DNA from: Bacteroidales bacterium | GTDB taxonomy: Bacteria > Bacteroidota > Bacteroidia > Bacteroidales > GCA-2748055 | Reading direction: 5' to 3' | Assembly: GCA_046485075.1 (NCBI GenBank) | Contig: JAWOHR010000067.1 | Coordinates: 11,682 to 75,681, forward strand | Length of the DNA stretch: 64,000 bases | Part shown: positions 7,026 through 15,988 of the stretch, piece by piece | How positions within the stretch are numbered: position 1 is the first letter of the stretch | How the letters are laid out: the number at the start of each line of letters is the position of its first letter | Made by a program: the position numbers and the translations under genes | Notes under the pieces: generated by a model | Told to the model about the DNA's origin: nothing | Seen by the model: the letters and a program-made list of their open reading frames with translations, nothing else | Database searches by the model: none

Positions 7026-8972
7026 TCAGGGTGAGTCCTGCTGAAACCATACGTTCATTTTACCCGTTCCCCGGTTGGCCCAGGCATAATAGGGGATCAG
7101 ATTCAACTTTCCGCCTTCCAGTTTATTGACTCCTCCCAGCAGTTGAGGATCAAAACGGACCTGATATTCCGAATCCATCCGAACCCTTGCCCTTACCACA
7201 TCCTCCCGGTTATCCATTTCTTCGGCGCAATAGATGACCGGACCGCACTGAAGGGCCACCTGGCCTCTCTTTTGTTCAACCTTCTCATGGGCGGTTACCT
7301 TTCGCACCTCCATGGGAAGATTCAGAGTCATCTGGTCTCCTTTGTTCCATTGGCCATCTATGGTTACGTATCCTTTGTCAATCTCCATTTCCATTGATGT
7401 ACCATTCACGGACAGGGTAGGCTGAGCCATCCCGGAACCTTCGAATCTGAACAGGTCGGAGGGGACCGGGGCATCTCTTGACCATCCCGGAATACGAATG
7501 TGAATCCTGGAATGAACATCCACCTGATTTAAGAATTCCAGGTGAATTTTCCCCTCCCAGGGATAATGAGAGTCCAGCGCAATGGTGATGTTACCCTGCG
7601 AGGTCTCCATGGAAACCTCCCCGTTCATAAACAGGTTGATGTAAATCTCAGTATCCTTTTGAGCATAAGCATAGCCTGCCACAGATGGAATGAACCTGGA
7701 AAGGTTTGACGGACAGCATGAACAGTCAAACCAGGATGAACGCCCATTCACCCCCATATTGAATGGCTCTACACCATCGTGTTGTAAAGTATTGGTATAG
7801 AAGAATTTGACCCCGTCCAATGATAATCCTGAGAGCACCCCGTTATAGAGCGATCGTTCCACCACATCCATGTACGCTCCATCTCCGTATAACATAAACA
7901 TACGGTGGTTCCAATAGACATTGGCGATGGCTGCACAGGTCTCGTTATAAGGATGATTGGGCAATTCGTAGTCGGCTCCATAGGCTTCCCCCTGGTGGCT
8001 TGCACCCACCCCGCCGGTAATGGAGAGCTTCTTTTGGACCACGTTATTCCAGATATTTTTCACAGCCCTGCCATAGGCCGTATCGCCGGTCAGAGCCGCA
8101 ATATCAGTCATTGCAGAATACATGTAATTGGCCCTCACTGCATGGCCAACAGCCTCTGTTTGCTCGGTTACCGGTAAATGACCCTGGGCATATTCATCTG
8201 TAATAACCAGTGAACGGATATCCAGCAAATGCTTTGCCAGGGCCAGATACTTTTCCTCACCGGTTACCCTGAAGAGTTTAATCAGTCCGATTTCAATCTC
8301 CTGGTGCTGGGGTGCGAGGAGTTTCTTCTGAACCATGCAAACATCATAAACCAGGTCTGCGTTTTTTATGGCCACATCGAGAAAGCTTCGCTTTCCGGTT
8401 GCCAGAAAATGAGCCACTGCAGCTTCATACATGTGACCGGCATTATAAAATTCATGGCTGCCCATGGTCGTGCCCACCCACCTGCCCTGATCACTGTAAG
8501 TACAGCATTTAAAATCATTATAATCATTTGCATTCAGGGTTTTGGCTGTATAGAGGTATCCATCATCCTCCTGTGCCTCCGAAATAAAATGGATCAGGCT
8601 GTCCAGGTAGATATCCAATTGAGGGTTATCCTCCCCCATCAGGCTGTAGGATGCCCCTTCCATCACCTTGTATACATCCGAATCATCAAATCCGAAATCC
8701 CCCCGGAATTTACCCTGTCTGATCCCACCGGCAAAGATGAAATTATCCACCCTTCCCGTTTCCTCGCACTTTTGAAATGCAAAGGGAATGGTATGATGAC
8801 TGGCTGTTTCAACCCTCTCCTTCCAGAAGCCGTCATGTAAGGTTACTTTTGTAAAATCAACCGGACTGATTGGATAATCAAGCACCGTTTTTTCCTCTTT
8901 CACTGAACAGCAGGGCATCAGACAAAAAAGGCAAAATCCCAGCAAAACTAATATGGATATCCGGGTCATCAT
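7026..8972 (-). CDS. GH127 family beta-L-arabinofuranosidase-like glycoside hydrolase (DUF1680)
   Basis: 648-aa ORF with a signal peptide. It shows the HEFYNAGHMYEAAVAH motif and the Cys cluster FDCSCCPSNLSRF characteristic of HypBA1-type GH127 enzymes. Confidence 0.85.
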   Translation of the reverse strand: MMTRISILVLLGFCLFCLMPCCSVKEEKTVLDYPISPVDFTKVTLHDGFWKERVETASHHTIPFAFQKCEETGRVDNFIFAGGIRQGKFRGDFGFDDSDVYKVMEGASYSLMGEDNPQLDIYLDSLIHFISEAQEDDGYLYTAKTLNANDYNDFKCCTYSDQGRWVGTTMGSHEFYNAGHMYEAAVAHFLATGKRSFLDVAIKNADLVYDVCMVQKKLLAPQHQEIEIGLIKLFRVTGEEKYLALAKHLLDIRSLVITDEYAQGHLPVTEQTEAVGHAVRANYMYSAMTDIAALTGDTAYGRAVKNIWNNVVQKKLSITGGVGASHQGEAYGADYELPNHPYNETCAAIANVYWNHRMFMLYGDGAYMDVVERSLYNGVLSGLSLDGVKFFYTNTLQHDGVEPFNMGVNGRSSWFDCSCCPSNLSRFIPSVAGYAYAQKDTEIYINLFMNGEVSMETSQGNITIALDSHYPWEGKIHLEFLNQVDVHSRIHIRIPGWSRDAPVPSDLFRFEGSGMAQPTLSVNGTSMEMEIDKGYVTIDGQWNKGDQMTLNLPMEVRKVTAHEKVEQKRGQVALQCGPVIYCAEEMDNREDVVRARVRMDSEYQVRFDPQLLGGVNKLEGGKLNLIPYYAWANRGTGKMNVWFQQDSP

Positions 8973-8983
8973 TTGGAATTTAT

Positions 8984-10546
8984 CTAGTTGATTTCAAGCA
9001 TAATTACCGAATGGGCGGGTATCTCCAGGGTAACCCGGTCTCCCTTTAGTTTTGCCCCTTTAAACTCCTTCAATACTACCTCCCGGGGATGCTCAAAGGT
9101 ATTGTGACTGTTCATCTCCGCTGAAGACAGGATTGTTGCCGAAACCTTACCTGCCTCCGAACCGATCAGTTGGATGAGGGCCTCCCTGGAGTTAACCGGA
9201 TCAATATTCACAATGGAGATATGGATTCTGCCATCCTTGTCCCTCGAAGCGCTGGCCTGGAGCGACGGAAGCGACTGACTCCCGAAACTGTACGGAGGGG
9301 ATTCCATTTCAAGGGGTAGGAGTATTGCATCCTGGTGCACCTTATACATATCGTAAACGTGATAGGTCGGGGTCAGCAGCATCTTCTCCTCCTCTGTGAA
9401 AATCAGTGCCTGAAGCACATTCACGGTCTGAGCGATATTGGCCATTTTAACCCGGTCACAACGTTCATTGAGATAATTGAGGGTGAGTCCTGCCACCAGG
9501 GCATCCCGCATGGTATTCTGCTGGAACAGGAATCCCGGGTTTGTTCCGGGTTCCACCTGATACCAGGTACCCCACTCATCAAAAACAAGGGCCACCCTTT
9601 TACCGGGATCGTAGCGATCCATCACCTTTATATGAGCATCCATTACATCCTCAATGTGTAAACATCTTCTCAGTATGTCGAAATAGAGCTCCTCTCCAAA
9701 ATCGGTGGCAGATCCCTTGTTCTCCCAGTTGGAGGTGTAATAGTGCAGGGACAAACCATTCATCATGTGGTGGGGAATTTTCTGCATCAGGGTTTCAGTC
9801 CAGTTGAGATCTTCCGAATTGGCCCCGCCGGCAATTTTAAACAACCTGTTTTCGCCATAGTTTCTGCAGTAGGTGGCATACCTGCGGTATTGATCCGCAT
9901 AAAATTCGGCAGTCATGTTTCCCCCGCAACCCCAGTTCTCATTTCCTACTCCCCAGAATTTCACCCCCCAGGGAGCCTCCCGGCCATTGATTTTCCGAAG
10001 ATCAGCCATTGGACTGATCCCGTCGAAGTTCATGTATTCAATCCACTGCGACATCTCCTTTACACTCCCGCTGCCCACATTGCCACAAATCACCGGTTCT
10101 GTTCCAAGCTGCCCGCAAAGGTCAAGGAACTCATGGGTTCCAAAACTATTGTCCTCAATCACACCACCCCAGTGGGTATTAACCATTTTCGGACGTTGCG
10201 AGGCGGGACCGATTCCGTCCATCCAGTGATACTCATCGGCAAAGCATCCTCCGGGCCAGCGCAGGTTCGGAATGCTTATTTTTCTGAGCGCCTCCACCAC
10301 ATCATTCCTTATCCCGTTTGTATTTGGGATTTCGGAGTCAACACCCACCCAGTAACCCCCATAAATACACCGGCCCAGATGCTCCGAGAAATGACCGTAA
10401 ATGTGCCTGCTGATGGTCTCCTTTCCCTGGTCCGCATGAACTGTGATACTGGTCCGGGAGAGGGCTGGAATATCCTGGGCCTGGCCCCTGGCAAAAGGCA
10501 CCCATAAAATGATGATTCCTGTCACCATTGAGATAAGCTTTTTCAT
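8984..10546 (-). CDS. GH51 alpha-L-arabinofuranosidase
   Basis: The ORF track gives 8984..10582. The Met at 10546 yields a clean signal peptide ([24 protein letters not shown]). GH51 motifs are present: [10 protein letters not shown], the acid/base [11 protein letters not shown] and the nucleophile region LVFDEWGTW. Confidence 0.88.
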   Translation of the reverse strand: MKKLISMVTGIIILWVPFARGQAQDIPALSRTSITVHADQGKETISRHIYGHFSEHLGRCIYGGYWVGVDSEIPNTNGIRNDVVEALRKISIPNLRWPGGCFADEYHWMDGIGPASQRPKMVNTHWGGVIEDNSFGTHEFLDLCGQLGTEPVICGNVGSGSVKEMSQWIEYMNFDGISPMADLRKINGREAPWGVKFWGVGNENWGCGGNMTAEFYADQYRRYATYCRNYGENRLFKIAGGANSEDLNWTETLMQKIPHHMMNGLSLHYYTSNWENKGSATDFGEELYFDILRRCLHIEDVMDAHIKVMDRYDPGKRVALVFDEWGTWYQVEPGTNPGFLFQQNTMRDALVAGLTLNYLNERCDRVKMANIAQTVNVLQALIFTEEEKMLLTPTYHVYDMYKVHQDAILLPLEMESPPYSFGSQSLPSLQASASRDKDGRIHISIVNIDPVNSREALIQLIGSEAGKVSATILSSAEMNSHNTFEHPREVVLKEFKGAKLKGDRVTLEIPAHSVIMLEIN

Positions 10547-10692
10547 AAGATTCGATTTTAGTCCTGGCAAGATACAAAACAAAGGGGCAAATCATAAAAA
10601 ATTGTTAAAAATTACATGCCTGTTCCACACCTCGGAACTTAAGTTTAACTTGGTGAAAATTAATACCTTATAATTAACCAAAACCACACCAC

Positions 10693-11484
10693 ATGAAGTC
10701 TGTTTTAAAGTTTTTTGCAATCCTGCTGCTGGCAGTGCTACCACTCTCTCTTATGGCCCAGGGAGCCACCATCGTTCTCAATTATATGAAGGTGACCCCC
10801 GGTATGGAAAATGATTACATCGAGTCCGAAAAGGCATGGAAGAAGATCCATGAAGCAAGAATTGAAGCCGGATCAATGTCCGGCTGGCAATTGTGGCGAA
10901 ATGTCTACGCTGCGGCTGATGATCCCTACGAATACATCACCATCGACTGGTTCAATGGATTCGGAGAATCTTTGAAGGGAGACCCGGAAGGATTCTGGGA
11001 AGAAAAAGTTCCCTCAATTTTCTCACAGGAGGAGATGACTAAATACTGGGATATGACCATGGCCTCACGTACCCTGGTGCGCAAAGATGTCCTGCACAGG
11101 GTCATACAGGCAACCAGCAATGATGCTTCAAAGTACATTATGGTGAATCGCATGAAAGTTAAATTCGGGAACGAAACTGCCTACCTGGAATCTGAAGGCA
11201 AATATGCAAAGCCACTCCAGGAGGCTAAGATAGAAGCAGGACAGATGTCACACTGGAGCGTATGGCAGGCCTGGCCTTACAAGGAAGGACAGATCAGGTT
11301 TTCAACCGTGGATGGATACAAAAGCATTGAGCAAATGACCGGCGACTATGAGGATCTGCTGCCAAAAGTGCACCCCGGAATGACCTGGGCTGATATGCAG
11401 GAAAAAATTGGTGCCCTCAGAACTCAGTCAAATATTGAACTCTGGGAGCTGGTGGACAGCGTCTTCCCTCCGGCCGCAGAATAG
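10693..11484 (+). CDS. Secreted hypothetical protein made of two tandem homologous domains
   Basis: 263-aa ORF with a signal peptide (LLAVLPLSLMAQG). Residues about 25-135 and 145-255 align with each other (NYMKVTPGMENDYIESEKAW..EARIEAGSMSGWQLW versus NRMKVKFGNETAYLESEGKY..EAKIEAGQMSHWSVW). Confidence 0.6.
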   Translation: MKSVLKFFAILLLAVLPLSLMAQGATIVLNYMKVTPGMENDYIESEKAWKKIHEARIEAGSMSGWQLWRNVYAAADDPYEYITIDWFNGFGESLKGDPEGFWEEKVPSIFSQEEMTKYWDMTMASRTLVRKDVLHRVIQATSNDASKYIMVNRMKVKFGNETAYLESEGKYAKPLQEAKIEAGQMSHWSVWQAWPYKEGQIRFSTVDGYKSIEQMTGDYEDLLPKVHPGMTWADMQEKIGALRTQSNIELWELVDSVFPPAAE

Positions 11485-11503
11485 TTTTTCTTTCCTTGCA
11501 ATT

Positions 11504-11685
11504 CAAAGAGAGGCCGTCTCAAAAGGTTCCTTTCAACTAATTCTAAGGGATGCTTATGAAGTAACCTGGCATTTTTTACGCAGTAAAAAACCGAAGGAAC
11601 TGAGCCTCTGGGCGAAGAACCACGTTACAAATAAGTATCCCTTAGAAACCTGAAAACGGTTTACCTTTTTGAGACGGCCTCTTTG
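11504..11685. repeat. About 180-nt nested imperfect inverted repeat (long hairpin) followed by a T8 run. It could be a bidirectional terminator, a structured RNA or a MITE-like element.
   Basis: The outer arms 11504-11527 and 11663-11685 share a perfect 12-bp core (AGAGGCCGTCTC/GAGACGGCCTCT) plus flanking pairs with small bulges. An inner perfect 11-bp helix pairs 11541-11551 (TTCTAAGGGAT) with 11637-11647. A further imperfect helix pairs 11553-11569 with 11620-11635. There is an apical 8-bp hairpin at 11572-11590 (TTTTTTAC-gca-GTAAAAAA), and TTTTTTTT at 11687-11694. Confidence 0.55.
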
Positions 11686-11712
11686 ATTTTTTTTGAATAC
11701 GGAGAATTGAAC

Positions 11713-14340
11713 CTATTCCTCCCGCTGGAGCAACATGGCGTTGAACAGCAGTTTATACGTTCCCTGGGTGGAAGCCCTGAACTGCGGGCCAAACCCGTAG
11801 AAAACAAACTGCCCCTTTCCCTTCTTCATCCAGATCATGGCCGCCTTGTTTCCCATCTTTTCGGTATTGGCTCCATAGCCGCTCATCACCACATCCTTTT
11901 CGGGGTAAGTTCCGATCACCCGGCGGTCCATTTCAAATATGGGAATGGAGGTCCGGAAAACAGGCCTCCCCCTCGAAAAGGCCCCAATCTGTCCGGGCAT
12001 CCCAAGGGTAAGGGGATGATCCTCCAGTAAATTCACTTTCACCAGGCTTCCCGGTACATCGAGGCCCTCTTTGCCGAGCTGTTCGGAGAGGTCACTGAAT
12101 GGGAGCATGAACTCCTCCCCGGTATCCTCTCCGCTGATCTTTAAAATACCCTCGAAGAGTCCGGCCGACCTTCCCCATGCAATGATGATCCCACCGTTTG
12201 CACTGAAGGTCATCAACTTCTCCATTCCCTCTTTCTCCATCCCTTTTATATAATCGGGATGGTAGCTGCCCATGTAGTATGTATCGCCCGACTTCTGCTT
12301 CCCGGTCATCAGGATCGACTTATCATTATCGGGAAAGATAACCACATCATAATCTCCCGCCAGGTCCGCTCCGGCCATCTCTTCAGGATGCAGAACCGTG
12401 TAAGGAATATGGTAACTGTCGAAAAGGAAGCGGGTCCAGCCGGCATCCATATCATGAAAATAGGTCTCCACCAGTGCGATCCTTGGCATGGACAGGGGTT
12501 CGCCATAGATCGCTCTTTTGTCGGAGATCATACCCGGTGTGAAGGGCAGGGTTTCATAGAGAGCCCTCCAATCCTCCTTTTTGGCAGAGTTCTCATAGAC
12601 GATGAAGCTGCCCCGGGGGTATTTTTCTCCCTTCAGGTCCAGATCATCTTTAAGGCGGTCCACTTTCATCCCCTTTTCCATGGCTGTAAATGCAGCCCTG
12701 TAAGACTCGTTGGAGTTGACGTTCAGCACCATGGCATTGGACATGCTCTCCATGGTCCGGGTCATACTGAATTTTCCCCCGATGGGACTCAGGCTAGCTT
12801 CCAGAACTTCACTGCGCGTATCGATTTCGTATGAAGATACATACCGGTGCAGGGGAAGTGACCAGCTGGTAATGTCATAGGGCTGAATAAGTTCCCCCCC
12901 GGGTGTATAATGCCTCTCGGGGTACTCCTGGGTCTCCATTACCTCCTTGATGAAAGCGCGGAATGGCTGGGCCAGGGGGATCACCACGTCACCTGTTTTG
13001 TACAACCTGCCATCGAGGTACAATTCAGCATTCAGGGTATAGGAATTTACGCCATGCTCCTTCATGAGATTGACCAGGTTAACCAGCTCTCCCTTGTCAT
13101 GCTGTTCGGCAGGAAGAATGTAGTAGTAGGGTGCCTGGGTTTTACCGGTCTCCACCTGTTCCCTGCACATGCGATTCCTGAATCTCAGTATATCCTCCCT
13201 GTAAATGGAGGCTGTCTTGATAATGGAGGTGGTGGAGGATCTCTCATAATCCACAATATCACCCAGCTGCCACCACCCGCCTTCCCAGGGCAGAAGCATG
13301 TTGATACTTTTTTTGTACTCGGAGAGCCCCTTGCCCCCAACCCTGAGTTCGGTGGGTTCGATATAAATGGGTGTGGCCGTCTGTGCACTTGCAGCTTCGG
13401 TAAGAAAACCTATTACATTCTTCCAGATACAGGTCTCGGTTGAACCTGGCCAGTAGTCGTCAAAAAGGTAATGCTGGGACACTCCAGCCAGTCCGTCGGC
13501 AGTCATATCGGTGGCCATATGCTGGCCGAAAACACCGCCCCAGTGAAAAATACCAGCCGGTACGTTTTCGGCAATGGGATCGTGGTTGGGGGGGACAAAA
13601 TAGCGGGCGCCGGTGGAACCCATCTGGTGCTTTTCCACCATCACCTGCGGAAACCAGGTCTGGCTGTAGATTCTGGCAATGGCCCTGTTATCGTCCTGGG
13701 TAAGAATCACAAAATCGCGGTTGTTGTCATGCCCCACGTATTTATGATATACCTGTGGCAGGGAAGCCCCTTCATATTTGGTACCCACATATTTTTTATA
13801 GTTCTCAACGATAAGGTCCATGCCATCGGGGTTGTGACAGGGAACCATCATATATACCATATTATTGAGCCACTCCAGCTTCCTGGGATCAGTGGTGGTG
13901 GCAAATTCAAAAGCGATCAAAGGGGCCGATTGTGAGGGGGCCACCTCGGAGGAGTGCATGGAAAGGGTGGCCAGTACAAATGTCTTTCCCGACCCGACCA
14001 TCTCTTCAAGCTTCGCTTCTGGAATTTCCGGGTTAAGTGCCAGCTCACGGTTGATCACCTTCAGCGACTCCAGATTTTCAATATTCTCCTCGCTGGAGAT
14101 AAAGGCAATGTACATGGGTTTTCCCATGGGCGAGGTCCCGATCTCCTCCAGCTTTATCCTGGGCGATTGCCCGTCCAGTTCCTGCAGGTATCCGATTAGC
14201 TGTTCGTAAGTGAACAGGTTCCGGTCCGACCCCGGTTGAAACCCAAAATAATCTTCAGGTACGGTCATCGACCCACTCTGGGCCGACACTCCGGTCAGTA
14301 TAAGCAGCAACATGCCTGCGGTTAAAAATTTTCTCATCAT
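11713..14340 (-). CDS. M14 family zinc carboxypeptidase-like metallopeptidase (large Bacteroidota type)
   Basis: 875-aa ORF with a signal peptide. It has the HxxE zinc motif (MHSSEVAP) and CHNPDG in the N-terminal M14 domain, followed by a long C-terminal extension. Confidence 0.82.
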   Translation of the reverse strand: MMRKFLTAGMLLLILTGVSAQSGSMTVPEDYFGFQPGSDRNLFTYEQLIGYLQELDGQSPRIKLEEIGTSPMGKPMYIAFISSEENIENLESLKVINRELALNPEIPEAKLEEMVGSGKTFVLATLSMHSSEVAPSQSAPLIAFEFATTTDPRKLEWLNNMVYMMVPCHNPDGMDLIVENYKKYVGTKYEGASLPQVYHKYVGHDNNRDFVILTQDDNRAIARIYSQTWFPQVMVEKHQMGSTGARYFVPPNHDPIAENVPAGIFHWGGVFGQHMATDMTADGLAGVSQHYLFDDYWPGSTETCIWKNVIGFLTEAASAQTATPIYIEPTELRVGGKGLSEYKKSINMLLPWEGGWWQLGDIVDYERSSTTSIIKTASIYREDILRFRNRMCREQVETGKTQAPYYYILPAEQHDKGELVNLVNLMKEHGVNSYTLNAELYLDGRLYKTGDVVIPLAQPFRAFIKEVMETQEYPERHYTPGGELIQPYDITSWSLPLHRYVSSYEIDTRSEVLEASLSPIGGKFSMTRTMESMSNAMVLNVNSNESYRAAFTAMEKGMKVDRLKDDLDLKGEKYPRGSFIVYENSAKKEDWRALYETLPFTPGMISDKRAIYGEPLSMPRIALVETYFHDMDAGWTRFLFDSYHIPYTVLHPEEMAGADLAGDYDVVIFPDNDKSILMTGKQKSGDTYYMGSYHPDYIKGMEKEGMEKLMTFSANGGIIIAWGRSAGLFEGILKISGEDTGEEFMLPFSDLSEQLGKEGLDVPGSLVKVNLLEDHPLTLGMPGQIGAFSRGRPVFRTSIPIFEMDRRVIGTYPEKDVVMSGYGANTEKMGNKAAMIWMKKGKGQFVFYGFGPQFRASTQGTYKLLFNAMLLQREE

Positions 14341-14373
14341 CTTTATTTATTTGTAGATAGATCAGATCGTCGC

Positions 14374-15738
14374 TCAGTCGATCCAGACACTCTTAATATT
14401 TGTAAACTCCCTGATTCCTTCAATGGAGAGTTCACGCCCGAAACCTGACCTCTTCAATCCCCCAAAGGGAAGCCTGGGATCCGATTTAACCATGGCATTG
14501 ATAAAGACTGCACCCTCCTGGGCACCCTCGATAAACATGCTTGCTGCACTTTCACTCTGGGTGAACATTTGCATGCCCAATCCAAATTTAGACTGATTTG
14601 ACAATTCCAGGGCGATTTCCGGCGAGTCGGCCCATGTGACGGCAAAAACCGGTCCGAACACCTCTTCATCAAACAGCGGCATACCCGCTTTCACTCCTGT
14701 GACAAGCGTGGGGTCATAAAAAGCCCCGTTGCGGTGCCCCCCGGAGAGAAGCTTTGCACCCATTTCAACCGAACGCTTTACCTGCCTCTCCACCTCCATG
14801 GCCTGTTTTACAGAGGAAAGCGGACCCACATCTGTCTTCTCATCCATGGGATCCCCAACCACCAGCTGACCAATTCTTTTCATCAGAGCCGGCACAAAAT
14901 CCACTGCCACCCACGATTCCAGGATAAACCTTTTGGCCGCGATGCAACTCTGCCCTCCGTTCTGCATCCTGGCCGGTATGGCAATATTCAGGGCCAGCTC
15001 CTGATTTGCATCATTCAGCACCACGAAAGCATTATTTCCGCCTAGTTCAAGAACACATTTCTTCAGGTGAAGTCCCGCCTGGGCAGCAACAGCCCTCCCG
15101 GCAGCCTCGCTCCCCGTAAGCGACACAGCCACAATGTATTCATTGGCAATAACCCCTGCCACCCGGTCGGAAGATATGGCCAGGTTCTGGAAAACACCCT
15201 CCCCATAACCGGCCTCTCTGAATAACTCCTCAATGGCCATGGCACACCCCTGCACATTTGATGCATGCTTTAAACAAATGGTATTCCCTGCCATAAGAGC
15301 CGGCGCCGCACACCTGAACACCTGCCAGAAAGGAAAGTTCCAGGGCATAATGGCCAGTACCGGTCCCAGGGGTTGAAACATCACCCTGCACTGCTCAGCC
15401 TCGGTATCGACTTCTCTGGGTTGCAAAAAATCTTCCCCATGGTCTGCATAAAATTCGCATACCCAGGCACACTTTCGGACCTCAGCCTCAGCCTCTTTCA
15501 CCGGCTTACCCATCTCGTTTGTAATCAGCATTGCAAACTCCCGGCTTCGATCCCTCAGGATTCCGGCTAACCGGTCCAACAGCATCCCACGTTCCTCAAA
15601 AGTGCTCATCCGGTATTTTTGAAAAGCAGTGGAAGCCCTGGCAAGGCGTACTGTCAGACTGACGTCCGACAGTTGCGGGTAATTGACCTCCCTCGAGGTA
15701 TTATAGGGATTGATGCTCTTCAGAACCGGCATAATCAT
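14374..15738 (-). CDS. NAD(P)-dependent aldehyde dehydrogenase, succinate-semialdehyde dehydrogenase-like
   Basis: The ORF track gives 14374..15798. The likely start is MIMPVLKSINPY at 15738 or 15732. ALDH catalytic motifs are present: VLELGGNNAF (Glu) and GGQSCIAAKRF (Cys). Confidence 0.85.
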   Translation of the reverse strand: MIMPVLKSINPYNTSREVNYPQLSDVSLTVRLARASTAFQKYRMSTFEERGMLLDRLAGILRDRSREFAMLITNEMGKPVKEAEAEVRKCAWVCEFYADHGEDFLQPREVDTEAEQCRVMFQPLGPVLAIMPWNFPFWQVFRCAAPALMAGNTICLKHASNVQGCAMAIEELFREAGYGEGVFQNLAISSDRVAGVIANEYIVAVSLTGSEAAGRAVAAQAGLHLKKCVLELGGNNAFVVLNDANQELALNIAIPARMQNGGQSCIAAKRFILESWVAVDFVPALMKRIGQLVVGDPMDEKTDVGPLSSVKQAMEVERQVKRSVEMGAKLLSGGHRNGAFYDPTLVTGVKAGMPLFDEEVFGPVFAVTWADSPEIALELSNQSKFGLGMQMFTQSESAASMFIEGAQEGAVFINAMVKSDPRLPFGGLKRSGFGRELSIEGIREFTNIKSVWID

Positions 15739-15918
15739 GAATCGTGTTTCAGGTTTCCATGCAGCTCCGCAATTTAAAAGAAACAGGGGGATTATCAAAA
15801 AGAAATATCAGGATCGGTTCCATCTCAAAGTTCACCTCATTTTACAGGCCCCCTTTTTGAATTTGCCGGGGGTTTATATTTTCATATTTTTATACCCTTA
15901 AACCAACCCTTGTGAAAA

Positions 15919-15942
15919 GAAAATGCAATCTGTTGCATTTTC
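15919..15942. promoter_or_regulatory. Perfect 10-4-10 palindrome (operator candidate) in front of the symporter/epimerase/GH130/GH115 operon
   Basis: GAAAATGCAA-tctg-TTGCATTTTC, 47 nt upstream of the preferred ATG at 15989. A TATATTTA box lies just downstream at 15946-15953. The ORF-track ATG at 15923 lies inside the palindrome. Confidence 0.45.
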
Positions 15943-15988
15943 TGCTATATTTACAAACTCACGAAACCCTCTAAACCAACCCTTACCC

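Noticed and set aside
11408-11653. 81-aa ORF running from the end of the 10693-11484 gene into the hairpin element
   Set aside because: It overlaps a well-supported CDS out of frame and then reads through the palindrome. It has no start context or recognisable protein features.
11515-11676. Inverted pair of CGTCTC/GAGACG (type IIS BsmBI-like) sites flanking about 150 bp, superficially like a cloning cassette
   Set aside because: The sites are simply part of the two arms of the long natural palindrome. The surrounding arms pair well beyond the 6-bp sites, and nothing else suggests engineering.
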